A stretch of 61,063 nucleotides of DNA, from assembly GCA_964603545.1 (NCBI GenBank), contig CAZRVD010000005.1:1-61063 (forward strand). The letters are read 5' to 3'. The number at the start of each line of letters is the position of its first letter. Positions within the stretch are counted from its first letter, which is position 1. The position numbers and the translations under genes are program-made. Below are positions 7,200 through 16,631 of this stretch, in pieces. This stretch comes from an uncultured Candidatus Saccharibacteria bacterium (GTDB lineage Bacteria > Patescibacteriota > Minisyncoccia > Phycocordibacterales > DATDWN01). The notes beneath the pieces were generated by a model. The model made no database searches. It saw nothing but the letters and a program-made list of their open reading frames with translations, and was not told where the DNA came from.

Positions 7200-8390
7200 A
7201 TGAAAATCTTATCAATAGAAACCAGCTGCGATGAAACAGCAGTTAGTATTGTAGAGGCAACAGGTGGACTAGAATCCCCTACTTTTTCTGTACTTGGAAA
7301 CGCCATTTTTTCCCAAATTAAAACTCACACACAATATGGTGGAGTTTTCCCGATGATGGCAAAAAGAGAGCACGCAAAGAACCTTCCAAAACTCTTAAAA
7401 GTGGTTCTTGAACAAACTAAAGAATTCATATCATACGATATATCGTATGATATGAATAAGTGGCAAGAGATAGAAGATATTTTGAAGAGAGAAGATGGAT
7501 TATTTGAGGAACTTAAAAAAACTATTGAAAAAATAAAAAAACCGGATATTGATTTGATTGCAGTGACTTCAGGTCCAGGATTAGAACCAGCACTATGGGT
7601 AGGAATAAGTTTTGCAGTGGCCCTTGGAAAACTTTGGGACTTACCAGTAGTTCCTGCAAATCATATGGAAGGACACATTGCTTCTATCTTAATAAACGAA
7701 GATAAAACCCCTGTTGAATTTCCAGCTTTAGCTCTTCTTATTTCTGGAGGTCACACAGAAATTGTAGAAATAGAAAATTGGGGTAGTTACAAAATACTAG
7801 GTTCTACGGTGGATGACGCTGTTGGAGAAGCTTTTGATAAAGTGGCGAGACTTTTAGGACTTCCTTATCCAGGTGGTCCAGAAATTTCAAAGTTAGCAGA
7901 AAGAGCTCGATTAGAGGATGTTTCCAAAATAGCCAAATTTCCAAGGCCGATGATACATTCCAAAAACCTTAATTTCTCTTTTTCTGGGCTAAAAACAGCC
8001 GTTTTATACTATATTAGAGATAACTTTGAAGGAAAAACTGAGAATATAAGTGAGAACGAAAAAGCAGACATTGCTCGTGAGTTTGAAGACTCTGTTGTGG
8101 AAGTTCTAGTCCACAAAGTTGAAACTGTTTTAGAAAGCAATAACATTAGAACTCTTATTGTAGCTGGAGGAGTTATTGCTAACAAAAAAATTAGAGAAGC
8201 TTTTGCGGAACTTGCAAATAAATTTGAAGGACTCACTTTAAAAACCCCAACAAAAGAGTTATCCACAGACAACAGTATTATGATTGCCTGCGCCACATAC
8301 ATAAAAACCTTAGTATTTCCTGAATTAATTTCAAAAAATAATAAAATAATTGCGGAAGGAAATTTGAAATTAAAATATGAAATGTTATAA
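7200..8390 (+). CDS. tsaD: tRNA N6-adenosine threonylcarbamoyltransferase TsaD (Kae1/Gcp family)
   Basis: MKILSIETSCDETAVSIVE, HMEGH and VAGGVIANKK motifs. Start taken at ATG 7200 rather than the GTG at 7185, which lies inside the att repeat. Contains a ~50-aa insertion relative to typical TsaD. Confidence 0.9.
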   Translation: MKILSIETSCDETAVSIVEATGGLESPTFSVLGNAIFSQIKTHTQYGGVFPMMAKREHAKNLPKLLKVVLEQTKEFISYDISYDMNKWQEIEDILKREDGLFEELKKTIEKIKKPDIDLIAVTSGPGLEPALWVGISFAVALGKLWDLPVVPANHMEGHIASILINEDKTPVEFPALALLISGGHTEIVEIENWGSYKILGSTVDDAVGEAFDKVARLLGLPYPGGPEISKLAERARLEDVSKIAKFPRPMIHSKNLNFSFSGLKTAVLYYIRDNFEGKTENISENEKADIAREFEDSVVEVLVHKVETVLESNNIRTLIVAGGVIANKKIREAFAELANKFEGLTLKTPTKELSTDNSIMIACATYIKTLVFPELISKNNKIIAEGNLKLKYEML

Positions 8391-8405
8391 TATAGCTGGA
8401 GGTAC

Positions 8406-8446
8406 AAAAAGGAAAAGACCCGCACAATGTGGGTCTTTTCCTTTTT
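8406..8446. terminator. bidirectional intrinsic terminator between tsaD and the surface-protein gene
   Basis: GGAAAAGACCC...GGGTCTTTTCC stem flanked by an A-run and a T-run. Confidence 0.7.
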
Positions 8447-8461
8447 ACTATCCTTTTTAGT

Positions 8462-11400
8462 TTATTCTAGGTCTATTTGTTTATTTATCTCTTCTATTTT
8501 TTTGTTGTTCCAATATTCTCTATACCAGAGATACGAAACCAAAATAATAACTAGTATCAGAATGATGTTTAACCAGCCCAATCCAAGATAAGTATTAGGA
8601 CACTGTAAAGAATCGTCTACAGAAGATTTAAATGGCCAACCAAGTAAACCTAGTAAGTAGTTCGCGAATTTCTTTCCAGAAGCTATCACGTTAGCTGTCA
8701 GTCCAGAAACAAAACTCTGAGTTGTAGATGAATACCCAGCTAAAGTCCCCTGTAGACCATTGGTTCCAGTTGAATCATCACTTCCTACCTGCCCATCTAT
8801 TATTGGATTAGAAGGATTAGAAGGATTTACTGGAGTTATACCACCGTCTGGTAACAGAATTCCAGAATCTCGGAGTCCTTGTAGGAAGTTTCTATATGTA
8901 TCAATCTCTGTTTGCTGCCCAGGTGTTACTGGAAAAGCCATTCTACAATATATTTCGTTTACTTTCTTTTTAGTAAGGATGTATGTGTAAGAAGTAGCTT
9001 CTGTGTGTCCCCATGGAGTTAAAATATCTGATTTGTATCTTTCTTGGAAAGCGTCTAACGCAACTATTGTTTGATCATCATAGATACCAGTAATTTGTAC
9101 GTTACTGTATCCTTCTAAATCTCTCAAAAATACCTGAAGCTTTTTAACTTCTACGGGATTATTGTTGAAATCTTTTCTTAAGTAGTCGTATAAGTAGTAA
9201 CAACTATTTGGAATTTCTACCGGCTGTTGAACAAGTGGTCCACCACTAGAGGTTAGTGAGCCAACTATAGGACCGTTTCCACCCCCACCACCTCCACCAC
9301 CACCTCCGCCACCGCAATTAGAAGTACAAGGTGCTGGGTTTACATTCAAATCTACAGAGGACGTATTGTTTGTTGCTACTGGGTCCGCCTGAGTAGATGA
9401 GGCAATAGCTGTGTTTGTTATTTTTTGTCCTTCTGTGCCAGCGTTTACAGTTGCAACAATTGTTAAGGTTGTTGTGGCATTATTATTAGATAAGATTCCT
9501 ATTGTCCAAATACCAGTTGTTGTAGAGAAACTACCAACAGTAGACGTGCTTGATACAAGAGTTAATGTATTTGGAAGTAAATCAGTTAGAGTCACAGCTG
9601 GGGCATCATTTGGTCCCTTATTTAGTAAACTTATTATATAAGTTATCGTATCCCCAACGCTGGCAGTAGTTTTGTCAGATGTCTTTGTAACTTGCAAATC
9701 AGAAGATGGGTCTCCACCACCGCCCGCAGTAACAGTAATTACCAAAGTCTCTGAATCAAAACCGCAAGTATTTACGGCATTTAGTTCTACGTTATAAGTT
9801 CCTGCTACTGTTGGTACCCCACTCAATACGCTTGTAGTGGTTGCATAAGATAGCCAAGCAGGAAGTGTAGTTGTTCCTACTGACAAAATCACATCTGTTG
9901 TGGAACTAGCAGTAAGTGTATACGAAAATTGATTCCCCGCTACAACGCTAAGAGACAAAGGCGAAGTGATTGTAGGAAGTAAACATTGCTCTTCAGGATT
10001 GTATGTACTTAGCAACACAACAGTTCTTTCTCTCCTGTTCTCTGTCAAAGAAACACTTCCGTCAGAGTTCATACCACCAGCGGTACTTTTATACAAAAAC
10101 AAGTCAAAAATATTGTTTACTGGTTGAGTAGATTGATCATTATATTTAGCAACATTCCACGCTAGTCCATTAATAGCAAGTTCTGAATATTTATAATTAC
10201 CTAACTCTAGATTAGAAAAAGTTACACAATCTGCATCATTTACAGATGAAGATATTATTTTTGAATTAGGTAGAAATGCAGACGAAGTCCAAGTCTTAGA
10301 ATTAATAGTTGTGGAAGCAAAACTTGTTGAAGTTGCTAAGTTAATAGAGAAGGAACCGTTAGGTAGTGCGTACGATGATGTGGCTATTACATTCTGAGTA
10401 TCAGCAACCATCATACAGAAAGTTATCTTTCCTTTTAGTGTTGGTTCTACCTCAAGGACATTTACTGTCCTTGAAACCTGAGTTGCCTTTAATCCTTGTG
10501 AGTCGCTTACGTTATAAGTAACAACGTAACTTCCAGGAATACTTGTGTTGACAGTACTTGAAGCAACAATATTTGCTGTAATGTCTCCATCTTCCTGATC
10601 AAGAGCCGTTGCTCCAGGGTCAATATAAGTATTTCCAACATTCACACTTGCGGGGTTTGCTCCTATGAGTGTAATGACTGGTGGATGATTTTCTTCTTCT
10701 ATGTTCTCGCAAGATGTTACTGTTACTTGAACAACAACATCATTATAATCTTTGTCTGAAATAGCTAAGGCTAGATTTTCAAAAGCAAGCACGTATGAAC
10801 CAGTGTTAGATTCTGAACCAGCAGAATCTAACACATCGTATGAAACCATATGATCATTATCCCCTTCATTTAATGAATTCTCTGATGCTTGAAGATTATT
10901 CAAGGCGCCGTTTTGCACAGCAAAGCCGTAATCTCCATCTGGTAGTGTTACTGTATAAATTTGGCCAGGAGTTGCTGTTGCAACATTAGGATAAGCTTCA
11001 TTTGGACCACTTCCAGATTTAAACAGTGGCACAAAGGTATTTAACTCACCCTTTTTGTAATATCCAAATATATCCCCCGCAGCTGAATAGCCAGCAATAA
11101 ACTTAATTTGTACTGTTGTAGATTCTTTAGTTGTACTCCATACTTGATACTCTTTTTGAGGAGAAACGGAAAGTCCAGCAGTATTGATTATGTTCTCCAA
11201 GGTAGGTTCTGGACTTGTTCCAAAAACAACATGGTCCACATCTCCCAAAGTATCTGGAACGAGACATTGATTTTCTACAGGTTCTTCCTCTGGGACATTC
11301 CAAGCAACACAATGATATGTTTTACCCGCAACTGTTGGTACCAACCAATCATAGTTATCATAATGTAAAACGTCAGTATCGCAGTATAGTTCTGCGGATA

Positions 11401-12682
11401 CAGCTAGGGTAGTATTAACTCCAGTAAATGGAATGTAATTTGGTTTAAATTGTTCACGAACCCAGATTCTATCTCCAAGTGGTAATGTAGTAGTTCCGGT
11501 AAAAGGAAACCAGTTCCCGCCAGCAACTCCAACACTATCTCCGGGATTATCTGAACCATTTCCTTCCTTCACCCATTCGAAAACCCACGGTGCTAAGTGA
11601 CAGTTGGGATGATTTGCTAAAAATAAAGAAGCTGTGGTGCTAGATATTTGGTGCCCGCTAGCTCCCCAATTTGGCAAATCTGCCTCAGAATCACAAACTA
11701 TTTTTGTAGTGGAAACAATTGCTGTGTTCGACTGGTCAGGAGGAACAACCTCAACAACTCTTTCAACTTCTTCAGCTTTAAGACCTTTAGAGTCAGAAAC
11801 ATTGTATTCTATTGCGTAAGAACCAACAACACTAGCATTAACATTATCAGTCGAAACAATATTTTCTGTTATATCACCGTCCTCAAAGTCTGTAGCCGTT
11901 GCACCTGGATCTATAAATAAACTATTAACAGTTATTATGTATGGATTTGCTCCTACCAAAGTAATGACTGGTCGGTGATTTTCAACTTCTACGTTTTCAC
12001 AAGACGTTACTGTTACTTGAACAACAACATCATTGTAATCTTTGTCTGAGATAGATAGAGCTAGGTTTTCAAAACCTAGTAAGTATGAACCAGAATCTAC
12101 ATTTTCATTAGAACCCAATACTCCATATGAGGCCATGTGGTCATTACCACCTTCATTTAATGAATTCTCTGATGCCTGAAGATTATTTAAAGCACCATTT
12201 TGTATAGCAAAACCATAATCTCCACCTGGTAGTGTGACTGTATAAATCTGACCAGGAGTTGCTGTTGCAACATTAGGATAAGCTTCGTTTGTACCACTTC
12301 CAGATTTAAATAGTGGTACGAAAGTATTTAAATCACCCTTTTTGTAATATCCAAATATATCTCCTGAAGCTGAATAACCGTTAATGAATTTAATCTGTAC
12401 CGTTGTAGATGCTTTAGTAGTACCCCACACTTGATACTCTTTTTGAGAGGTAACAGAAAGTCCTGAAGTATTAATTATACTTTCAAGAGTAGGTTCTGGA
12501 CTTGTTCCAAAAACAATATGATCCTCATCACCTAAAGTGGCTGGAACGATACATTGGTTTTGAACATATTCAGAATCATTAGACAAAATTTCTGAATTTG
12601 CAGAGGCTAAAGAAGGTACTAGACCAGAAAAATTTGAGAGTAGTAGGGCGGTGATCAGAATGTTAGTAAATATTTTTTTCAT
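8462..12682 (-). CDS. 1406-aa secreted/anchored multidomain surface protein
   Basis: N-terminal signal-like helix. Two copies of a ~270-aa module ending in DKDYNDVVVQVTV (DUF4114-like) plus an Ig-like domain (PVITL.GANP...DPGATA.D.EDGDIT). Also a cadherin/He_PIG-like Ig domain (LPAWLSY...LSGVPT), a DUF11-like repeat (DLQVTKT...GDTITY), a G12 linker, a PG_binding_1-like segment (VKKLQVFLRDLEGY...) and a C-terminal TM helix. Confidence 0.85.
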   Translation of the reverse strand: MKKIFTNILITALLLSNFSGLVPSLASANSEILSNDSEYVQNQCIVPATLGDEDHIVFGTSPEPTLESIINTSGLSVTSQKEYQVWGTTKASTTVQIKFINGYSASGDIFGYYKKGDLNTFVPLFKSGSGTNEAYPNVATATPGQIYTVTLPGGDYGFAIQNGALNNLQASENSLNEGGNDHMASYGVLGSNENVDSGSYLLGFENLALSISDKDYNDVVVQVTVTSCENVEVENHRPVITLVGANPYIITVNSLFIDPGATATDFEDGDITENIVSTDNVNASVVGSYAIEYNVSDSKGLKAEEVERVVEVVPPDQSNTAIVSTTKIVCDSEADLPNWGASGHQISSTTASLFLANHPNCHLAPWVFEWVKEGNGSDNPGDSVGVAGGNWFPFTGTTTLPLGDRIWVREQFKPNYIPFTGVNTTLAVSAELYCDTDVLHYDNYDWLVPTVAGKTYHCVAWNVPEEEPVENQCLVPDTLGDVDHVVFGTSPEPTLENIINTAGLSVSPQKEYQVWSTTKESTTVQIKFIAGYSAAGDIFGYYKKGELNTFVPLFKSGSGPNEAYPNVATATPGQIYTVTLPDGDYGFAVQNGALNNLQASENSLNEGDNDHMVSYDVLDSAGSESNTGSYVLAFENLALAISDKDYNDVVVQVTVTSCENIEEENHPPVITLIGANPASVNVGNTYIDPGATALDQEDGDITANIVASSTVNTSIPGSYVVTYNVSDSQGLKATQVSRTVNVLEVEPTLKGKITFCMMVADTQNVIATSSYALPNGSFSINLATSTSFASTTINSKTWTSSAFLPNSKIISSSVNDADCVTFSNLELGNYKYSELAINGLAWNVAKYNDQSTQPVNNIFDLFLYKSTAGGMNSDGSVSLTENRRERTVVLLSTYNPEEQCLLPTITSPLSLSVVAGNQFSYTLTASSTTDVILSVGTTTLPAWLSYATTTSVLSGVPTVAGTYNVELNAVNTCGFDSETLVITVTAGGGGDPSSDLQVTKTSDKTTASVGDTITYIISLLNKGPNDAPAVTLTDLLPNTLTLVSSTSTVGSFSTTTGIWTIGILSNNNATTTLTIVATVNAGTEGQKITNTAIASSTQADPVATNNTSSVDLNVNPAPCTSNCGGGGGGGGGGGGNGPIVGSLTSSGGPLVQQPVEIPNSCYYLYDYLRKDFNNNPVEVKKLQVFLRDLEGYSNVQITGIYDDQTIVALDAFQERYKSDILTPWGHTEATSYTYILTKKKVNEIYCRMAFPVTPGQQTEIDTYRNFLQGLRDSGILLPDGGITPVNPSNPSNPIIDGQVGSDDSTGTNGLQGTLAGYSSTTQSFVSGLTANVIASGKKFANYLLGLLGWPFKSSVDDSLQCPNTYLGLGWLNIILILVIILVSYLWYREYWNNKKIEEINKQIDLE
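10460..11272 (-). repeat. copy 2 of the internal 813-bp duplicated module of the surface-protein gene
   Basis: aa 471-741 align with aa 42-312. DNA stretches such as 10711-10790 vs 12001-12080 are near-identical. Confidence 0.85.
11747..12559 (-). repeat. copy 1 of the internal 813-bp duplicated module
   Basis: Offset between the copies is 1287 nt (429 codons). Confidence 0.85.
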
Positions 12683-12889
12683 AATAGTGAATCTTTAAAT
12701 TTATAACTAAAATTATAATCTGTTTATAAAAGGAATAGTACAGTAATTCTTATTATTGTCAATAAGAAGAAAGTTTCGCTGTTACCATAAAACCCATATT
12801 TTTAGCCATTTTGTAAATTGTGTCCTTTAAACCAGAATATCAGTCCTTTAGATTTTAATATCAGACTAATACAAAAGCTTGTTTAGAAT

Positions 12890-12928
12890 GTTTTTATAAA
12901 GGACATTAGTAATGTCCTTTATAAAAAC
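12890..12928. repeat. 39-nt perfect palindrome in the surface-protein/valS divergent intergenic region
   Basis: GTTTTTATAAAGGACATTA-G-TAATGTCCTTTATAAAAAC. The core GTCCTTTA also occurs at 12822-12829 and 12843-12850. Confidence 0.8.
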
Positions 12929-13008
12929 ATTGTTAAAACTGTTTCTGCATATATAGCCGTACCACTAACCAATTTTATACAAAACGCTAAATATGCTATT
13001 CTGAATAA

Positions 13009-15135
13009 ATGAACGATGTATTCCTGTCTCCGTATAATCCAACAAGCACGGAAGATAAAATCTACAAGATATGGAAAGAGAGTGGTTTTTTTAACCCTGA
13101 TACACTAGTTGAAAAGGGTATAGTAAGTAGTGATGCAAAAACATTTACTATAATAATGCCCCCGCCAAACGCTAACGGTGATTTACATGCCGGGCATACG
13201 CTTTTTATAACCCTAGAAGACATAATGGTAAGGTTTAAGAGAATGAATGGATTTAGAGCTCTGTGGATACCTGGAGCAGATCATGCTGGATTTGAAACTC
13301 AAGTCGTGTACGAAAAAAAATTAGAAAAAGAAGGTCGTTCAAGATTTGGAATGGACCCGAAAGATTTATACAAAGAAATATTGAACTTTACACTACTAAA
13401 TAAGAAGAATATGGAAGCCCAAGTTGAATCTCTTGGAGCCTCTTGTGACTGGTCTCGAGAAAAGTTTACTCTAGACACCGATGTTGTAGAAAAAACTCAA
13501 AATGCTTTTATAAAAATGTACAACGAGGGTATAGTTTACCGTGGCAAAAGAACTATCAATTGGTGCAGTAAACACCAAACTTCCCTTTCTGAAGTTGAAA
13601 CTGATTCTGTAGAAGAAATTACACCTTTTTATTATTTCAAATATGGACCGTTCGAAATTGGTACTGTAAGGCCAGAAACAAAATTTGGAGATAAGTATGT
13701 AGTTATGCATCCAGATGATAAAAGATACAAAGATTATGAGCATGGTCAGAAACTAATTGTTGAATGGATAAATGGACCAATAGAAGCAACTGTTATCAAA
13801 GACCCAGTAGTAGACATGGAGTTTGGAACGGGGGTGATGACTATAACTCCTTGGCACTCACAAATAGACTACGAGATTGCTAAACGCCACAATCTAGATA
13901 TGGAACAGATTATAGATTGGCGTGGAAAACTTTTACCTATCGCTGGTGAATTTGAAGGGATGAATATAAAAGATGCTAGAGGAAAAATAGTAGAAAAACT
14001 GCAATCTAAGGGTTTAGTTATTAAGATAGATGAAAAATATAAAAATGTAGTAAAAAGGTGCTATAAATGCAATACCACAATCGAACCACAAATAAAAGAC
14101 CAATGGTTTGTTAAAATGGAACCTCTGGCAAAAATGGCCATAGAATCAGTGGACAAAGGAGAAATTAAATTTATTCCAGATAACTACGAAAAAATATTCA
14201 GATACTGGATGAACAACACTATAGATTGGAATATATCAAGACAAATAGTTTGGGGAATCCCTATTCCCGCTTGGCTTAAAAATGGTGAAGCTGTGGCTAG
14301 CAAAGAAAAACCAGAAGGAGAGGGTTGGATAGAAGATTCTGATACTTTTGATACTTGGTTTTCGTCTGGACAATGGCCATTAATGACGACAGGCTTTCCT
14401 CAAGGAGAAGATTTTTCAAAATTTTACCCAACTGATGTTATGGAAACTGGGCATGATCTTATATTTAAGTGGGTGCCAAGAATGGTAATCTTCGGTTTAT
14501 ATCTTGGTAAAAAAGCTCCATTCCACACCGTGTACTTACACGGATTAGTAAATGATGCTCAAGGAAAGAAAATGAGTAAATCTAAAGGCAATGTTATTAA
14601 TCCGCTTACACTTACAAAAAAATATGGAACAGATAGTCTGCGCATGGCTCTTATTGTAGGAAATACTCCAGGAACAGACCTTGCTCTACAAGAAGATAAA
14701 GTAAAAGCCTATAAAAACTTTGCTAATAAAATATGGAACATAACTCGATTTGTATTGACAAGCACAGAGAGCTTTGATGGAAAAAAGCCGGAGCTACTAG
14801 TAGAATCAGACCTTGCAAACATCTCGGAACTTGATGAACTAACCAAAGATGTAACAAAAGATATGGATGAATACAGATTTTACCTAGCTGCAGAAAAGTT
14901 ATACCACTATGTATGGCACTCTTTTGCTGATAAAATAATAGAGGGTTCAAAGGAAAAACTTAAAAATAAGGATCCTGAAGTTGTAAAATCTACACAATAC
15001 ACCCTTGTTTACCTACTTAAAACCTCCTTAAAACTCCTGCACCCATTTATGCCTTTCATTACAGAAGAAATCTGGTCACATGTAAAAAATACCGACGAGA
15101 ACCTACTCCTAGTTACTAAATGGCCAACTCAGTAG
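13009..15135 (+). CDS. valS: valyl-tRNA synthetase (short form, no long C-terminal coiled coil)
   Basis: PPPNANGDLHAGH (HIGH), KMSKSKGNVI (KMSKS), DTWFSSGQWP, TINWCSKHQTSLSEVE. Confidence 0.92.
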   Translation: MNDVFLSPYNPTSTEDKIYKIWKESGFFNPDTLVEKGIVSSDAKTFTIIMPPPNANGDLHAGHTLFITLEDIMVRFKRMNGFRALWIPGADHAGFETQVVYEKKLEKEGRSRFGMDPKDLYKEILNFTLLNKKNMEAQVESLGASCDWSREKFTLDTDVVEKTQNAFIKMYNEGIVYRGKRTINWCSKHQTSLSEVETDSVEEITPFYYFKYGPFEIGTVRPETKFGDKYVVMHPDDKRYKDYEHGQKLIVEWINGPIEATVIKDPVVDMEFGTGVMTITPWHSQIDYEIAKRHNLDMEQIIDWRGKLLPIAGEFEGMNIKDARGKIVEKLQSKGLVIKIDEKYKNVVKRCYKCNTTIEPQIKDQWFVKMEPLAKMAIESVDKGEIKFIPDNYEKIFRYWMNNTIDWNISRQIVWGIPIPAWLKNGEAVASKEKPEGEGWIEDSDTFDTWFSSGQWPLMTTGFPQGEDFSKFYPTDVMETGHDLIFKWVPRMVIFGLYLGKKAPFHTVYLHGLVNDAQGKKMSKSKGNVINPLTLTKKYGTDSLRMALIVGNTPGTDLALQEDKVKAYKNFANKIWNITRFVLTSTESFDGKKPELLVESDLANISELDELTKDVTKDMDEYRFYLAAEKLYHYVWHSFADKIIEGSKEKLKNKDPEVVKSTQYTLVYLLKTSLKLLHPFMPFITEEIWSHVKNTDENLLLVTKWPTQ

Positions 15136-15153
15136 AACATTGAATAAAGAATA

Positions 15154-15870
15154 ATGATACTAGAATTTATACAAAACTACCCCTTTATTCTTGCATTCTT
15201 TTTAGGACTAATACCGGCACTTATATGGCTTTGGTTTTGGCTTAAGGAGGATATTCACCCAGAACCAGCGAAAATACTAACTTTGGCTTTCCTTGGAGGT
15301 ATGTTGTCTGTGCTTTTTGTACTTCCTATACAAAAGGTTGTATACGACTATTTGAAAGACTACCAATTTATCTCCTTTACGTTATGGGCAACTATAGAGG
15401 AAGTGACTAAATTTAGCTTTGTATATTACATAGCCCTTAAACGTAAAATCGTAGATGAGCCGGTAGATGATATGATTTATCTTATTGTGTCAGCACTTGG
15501 TTTTGTAACGTTTGAAAACACTCTATTTTTGACCGAATTACTTAAGGATGGGGACTTTGTTGGCACAATAATAAATGGAAATATGAGATTTATAGGTGCC
15601 AGTCTCATACACATAATGTCTTCAGCCACAATAGGAACAATGTTGGGTCTAGCCTTCTATAAAACAAAAACCAAAAAAATAATCTATACAACTATCGGAA
15701 TGATTATAGCAATAATCTTGCATACTGCGTTCAATTTATTTATAATTAGCGGAGCACCGGGAAATATTTTCCTTATATTCGGATGCGTTTGGTTTGGTAT
15801 CGTAATATTGTTATTATTGTTTGAAAAAATTAAACATTTGAGACGTGAAGGAACAAAAATAAATTTATGA
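15154..15870 (+). CDS. PrsW-family intramembrane metalloprotease
   Basis: Polytopic 238-aa protein with EEVTK (ExxK-type) and HTAFN motifs. Confidence 0.7.
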   Translation: MILEFIQNYPFILAFFLGLIPALIWLWFWLKEDIHPEPAKILTLAFLGGMLSVLFVLPIQKVVYDYLKDYQFISFTLWATIEEVTKFSFVYYIALKRKIVDEPVDDMIYLIVSALGFVTFENTLFLTELLKDGDFVGTIINGNMRFIGASLIHIMSSATIGTMLGLAFYKTKTKKIIYTTIGMIIAIILHTAFNLFIISGAPGNIFLIFGCVWFGIVILLLLFEKIKHLRREGTKINL

Positions 15871-16319
15871 AAGACAACAGATCATTCTTTGAAAAACTAA
15901 CCGGTAGCGTCCGAATGGACGACATGGAAGATGCTGAAGAAAACGTACTCCCTGCAAGAAACGGTGCAGGAATTCTTGGAGACGAAGCTGAAGAAGGAGA
16001 ACTGACTATAGATGTATACCAGACACCTTCTGAAATTATTATAAAAAGTATGGTTGCAGGGGTTAAACCAGAAGATTTAGATATTTCTATTACTCGCGAT
16101 ATGGTTGTTATAAAGGGGAAGAGAGAAACTGAGAAATTTGTTAAAGATGATGATTATTTTCACAGAGAACTGTATTGGGGATCATTTTCAAGGTCCATAA
16201 TGTTGCCGGCAGAGGTAGAAGTTGAAGAAGCAGACGCCATAGAAAAGCATGGGTTACTTATTATAAGACTACCTAAAATTGATAAAAATAAACAAACCCG
16301 CCTACGCGTTAAAGGTTAA
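15867..16319 (+). CDS. Hsp20/alpha-crystallin small heat-shock protein
   Basis: 150 aa with an alpha-crystallin-like core (LTIDVYQTPSEIIIKSMVAGVKPEDLDISI...HGLLIIRLPK). Start overlaps the upstream stop (ATGA). Confidence 0.85.
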   Translation: MKDNRSFFEKLTGSVRMDDMEDAEENVLPARNGAGILGDEAEEGELTIDVYQTPSEIIIKSMVAGVKPEDLDISITRDMVVIKGKRETEKFVKDDDYFHRELYWGSFSRSIMLPAEVEVEEADAIEKHGLLIIRLPKIDKNKQTRLRVKG

Positions 16320-16330
16320 AAGTTTTCACA

Positions 16331-16360
16331 ACAAAACCACTCAATTGAGTGGTTTTGTTT
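16331..16360 (+). terminator. intrinsic terminator after hsp20
   Basis: AAAACCACTC-AATT-GAGTGGTTTT followed by GTTT. Confidence 0.7.
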
Positions 16361-16362
16361 AA

Positions 16363-16490
16363 TGTGCCGAGACCCAGGGTTGGTCACAGGTTTTGAGTTC
16401 ACCGTCGTTCACTCAAACCTGCGACCCCGCCTCACGTTTTATTTCTGCTGAAATAAAAACCGTTCCGGCTTTCGACCCCGGGCTTAAAAG
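16363..16490 (-). repeat. structured repeat copy A (tRNA-Phe trailer) ending in an 18-nt duplicate of the tRNA-Phe 3' end
   Basis: 16363-16380 is identical to 16542-16559 (TGTGCCGAGACCCAGGGT). Core read on the minus strand: GAGGCGGGGTCGC-hairpin-GTGACCA (16430->16381). Confidence 0.7.
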
Positions 16491-16516
16491 CTTTGCTTTT
16501 ATTCTCGTCAACTAAT

Positions 16517-16541
16517 AATACTCCTTACGGAGTATTTTTAT
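16517..16541. terminator. hairpin plus T/A runs just 3' of tRNA-Phe
   Basis: AATACTCC-TTAC-GGAGTATT flanked by T-rich (plus strand) and A/T-rich (minus strand) tracts. Confidence 0.5.
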
Positions 16542-16543
16542 TG

Positions 16544-16616
16544 TGCCGAGACCCAGGGTCGAACTGGGGACCTATTCCTCTTCAGGGAAGCGCTCTACCA
16601 ACTGAGCTATCTCGGC
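16544..16616 (-). tRNA. tRNA-Phe (anticodon GAA), no encoded CCA
   Basis: Minus-strand fold: GCCGAGA TA GCTC AGTTGGTA GAGC G CTTCC CTGAAGA GGAAT AGGTC CCCAG TTCGACC CTGGG TCTCGGC A (73 nt). Confidence 0.92.
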
Positions 16617-16631
16617 ATGATATTAAATTTT

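Noticed and set aside
9281-9316. Gly12-coding tract in the surface-protein gene as a slipped-strand phase-variation site
   Set aside because: The DNA is a mix of GGT/GGA/GGC/GGG codons (CCACCCCCACCACCTCCACCACCACCTCCGCCACC) rather than a homopolymer or perfect short tandem repeat. Frameshift-type switching is therefore unlikely, and a flexible linker is the simpler reading.
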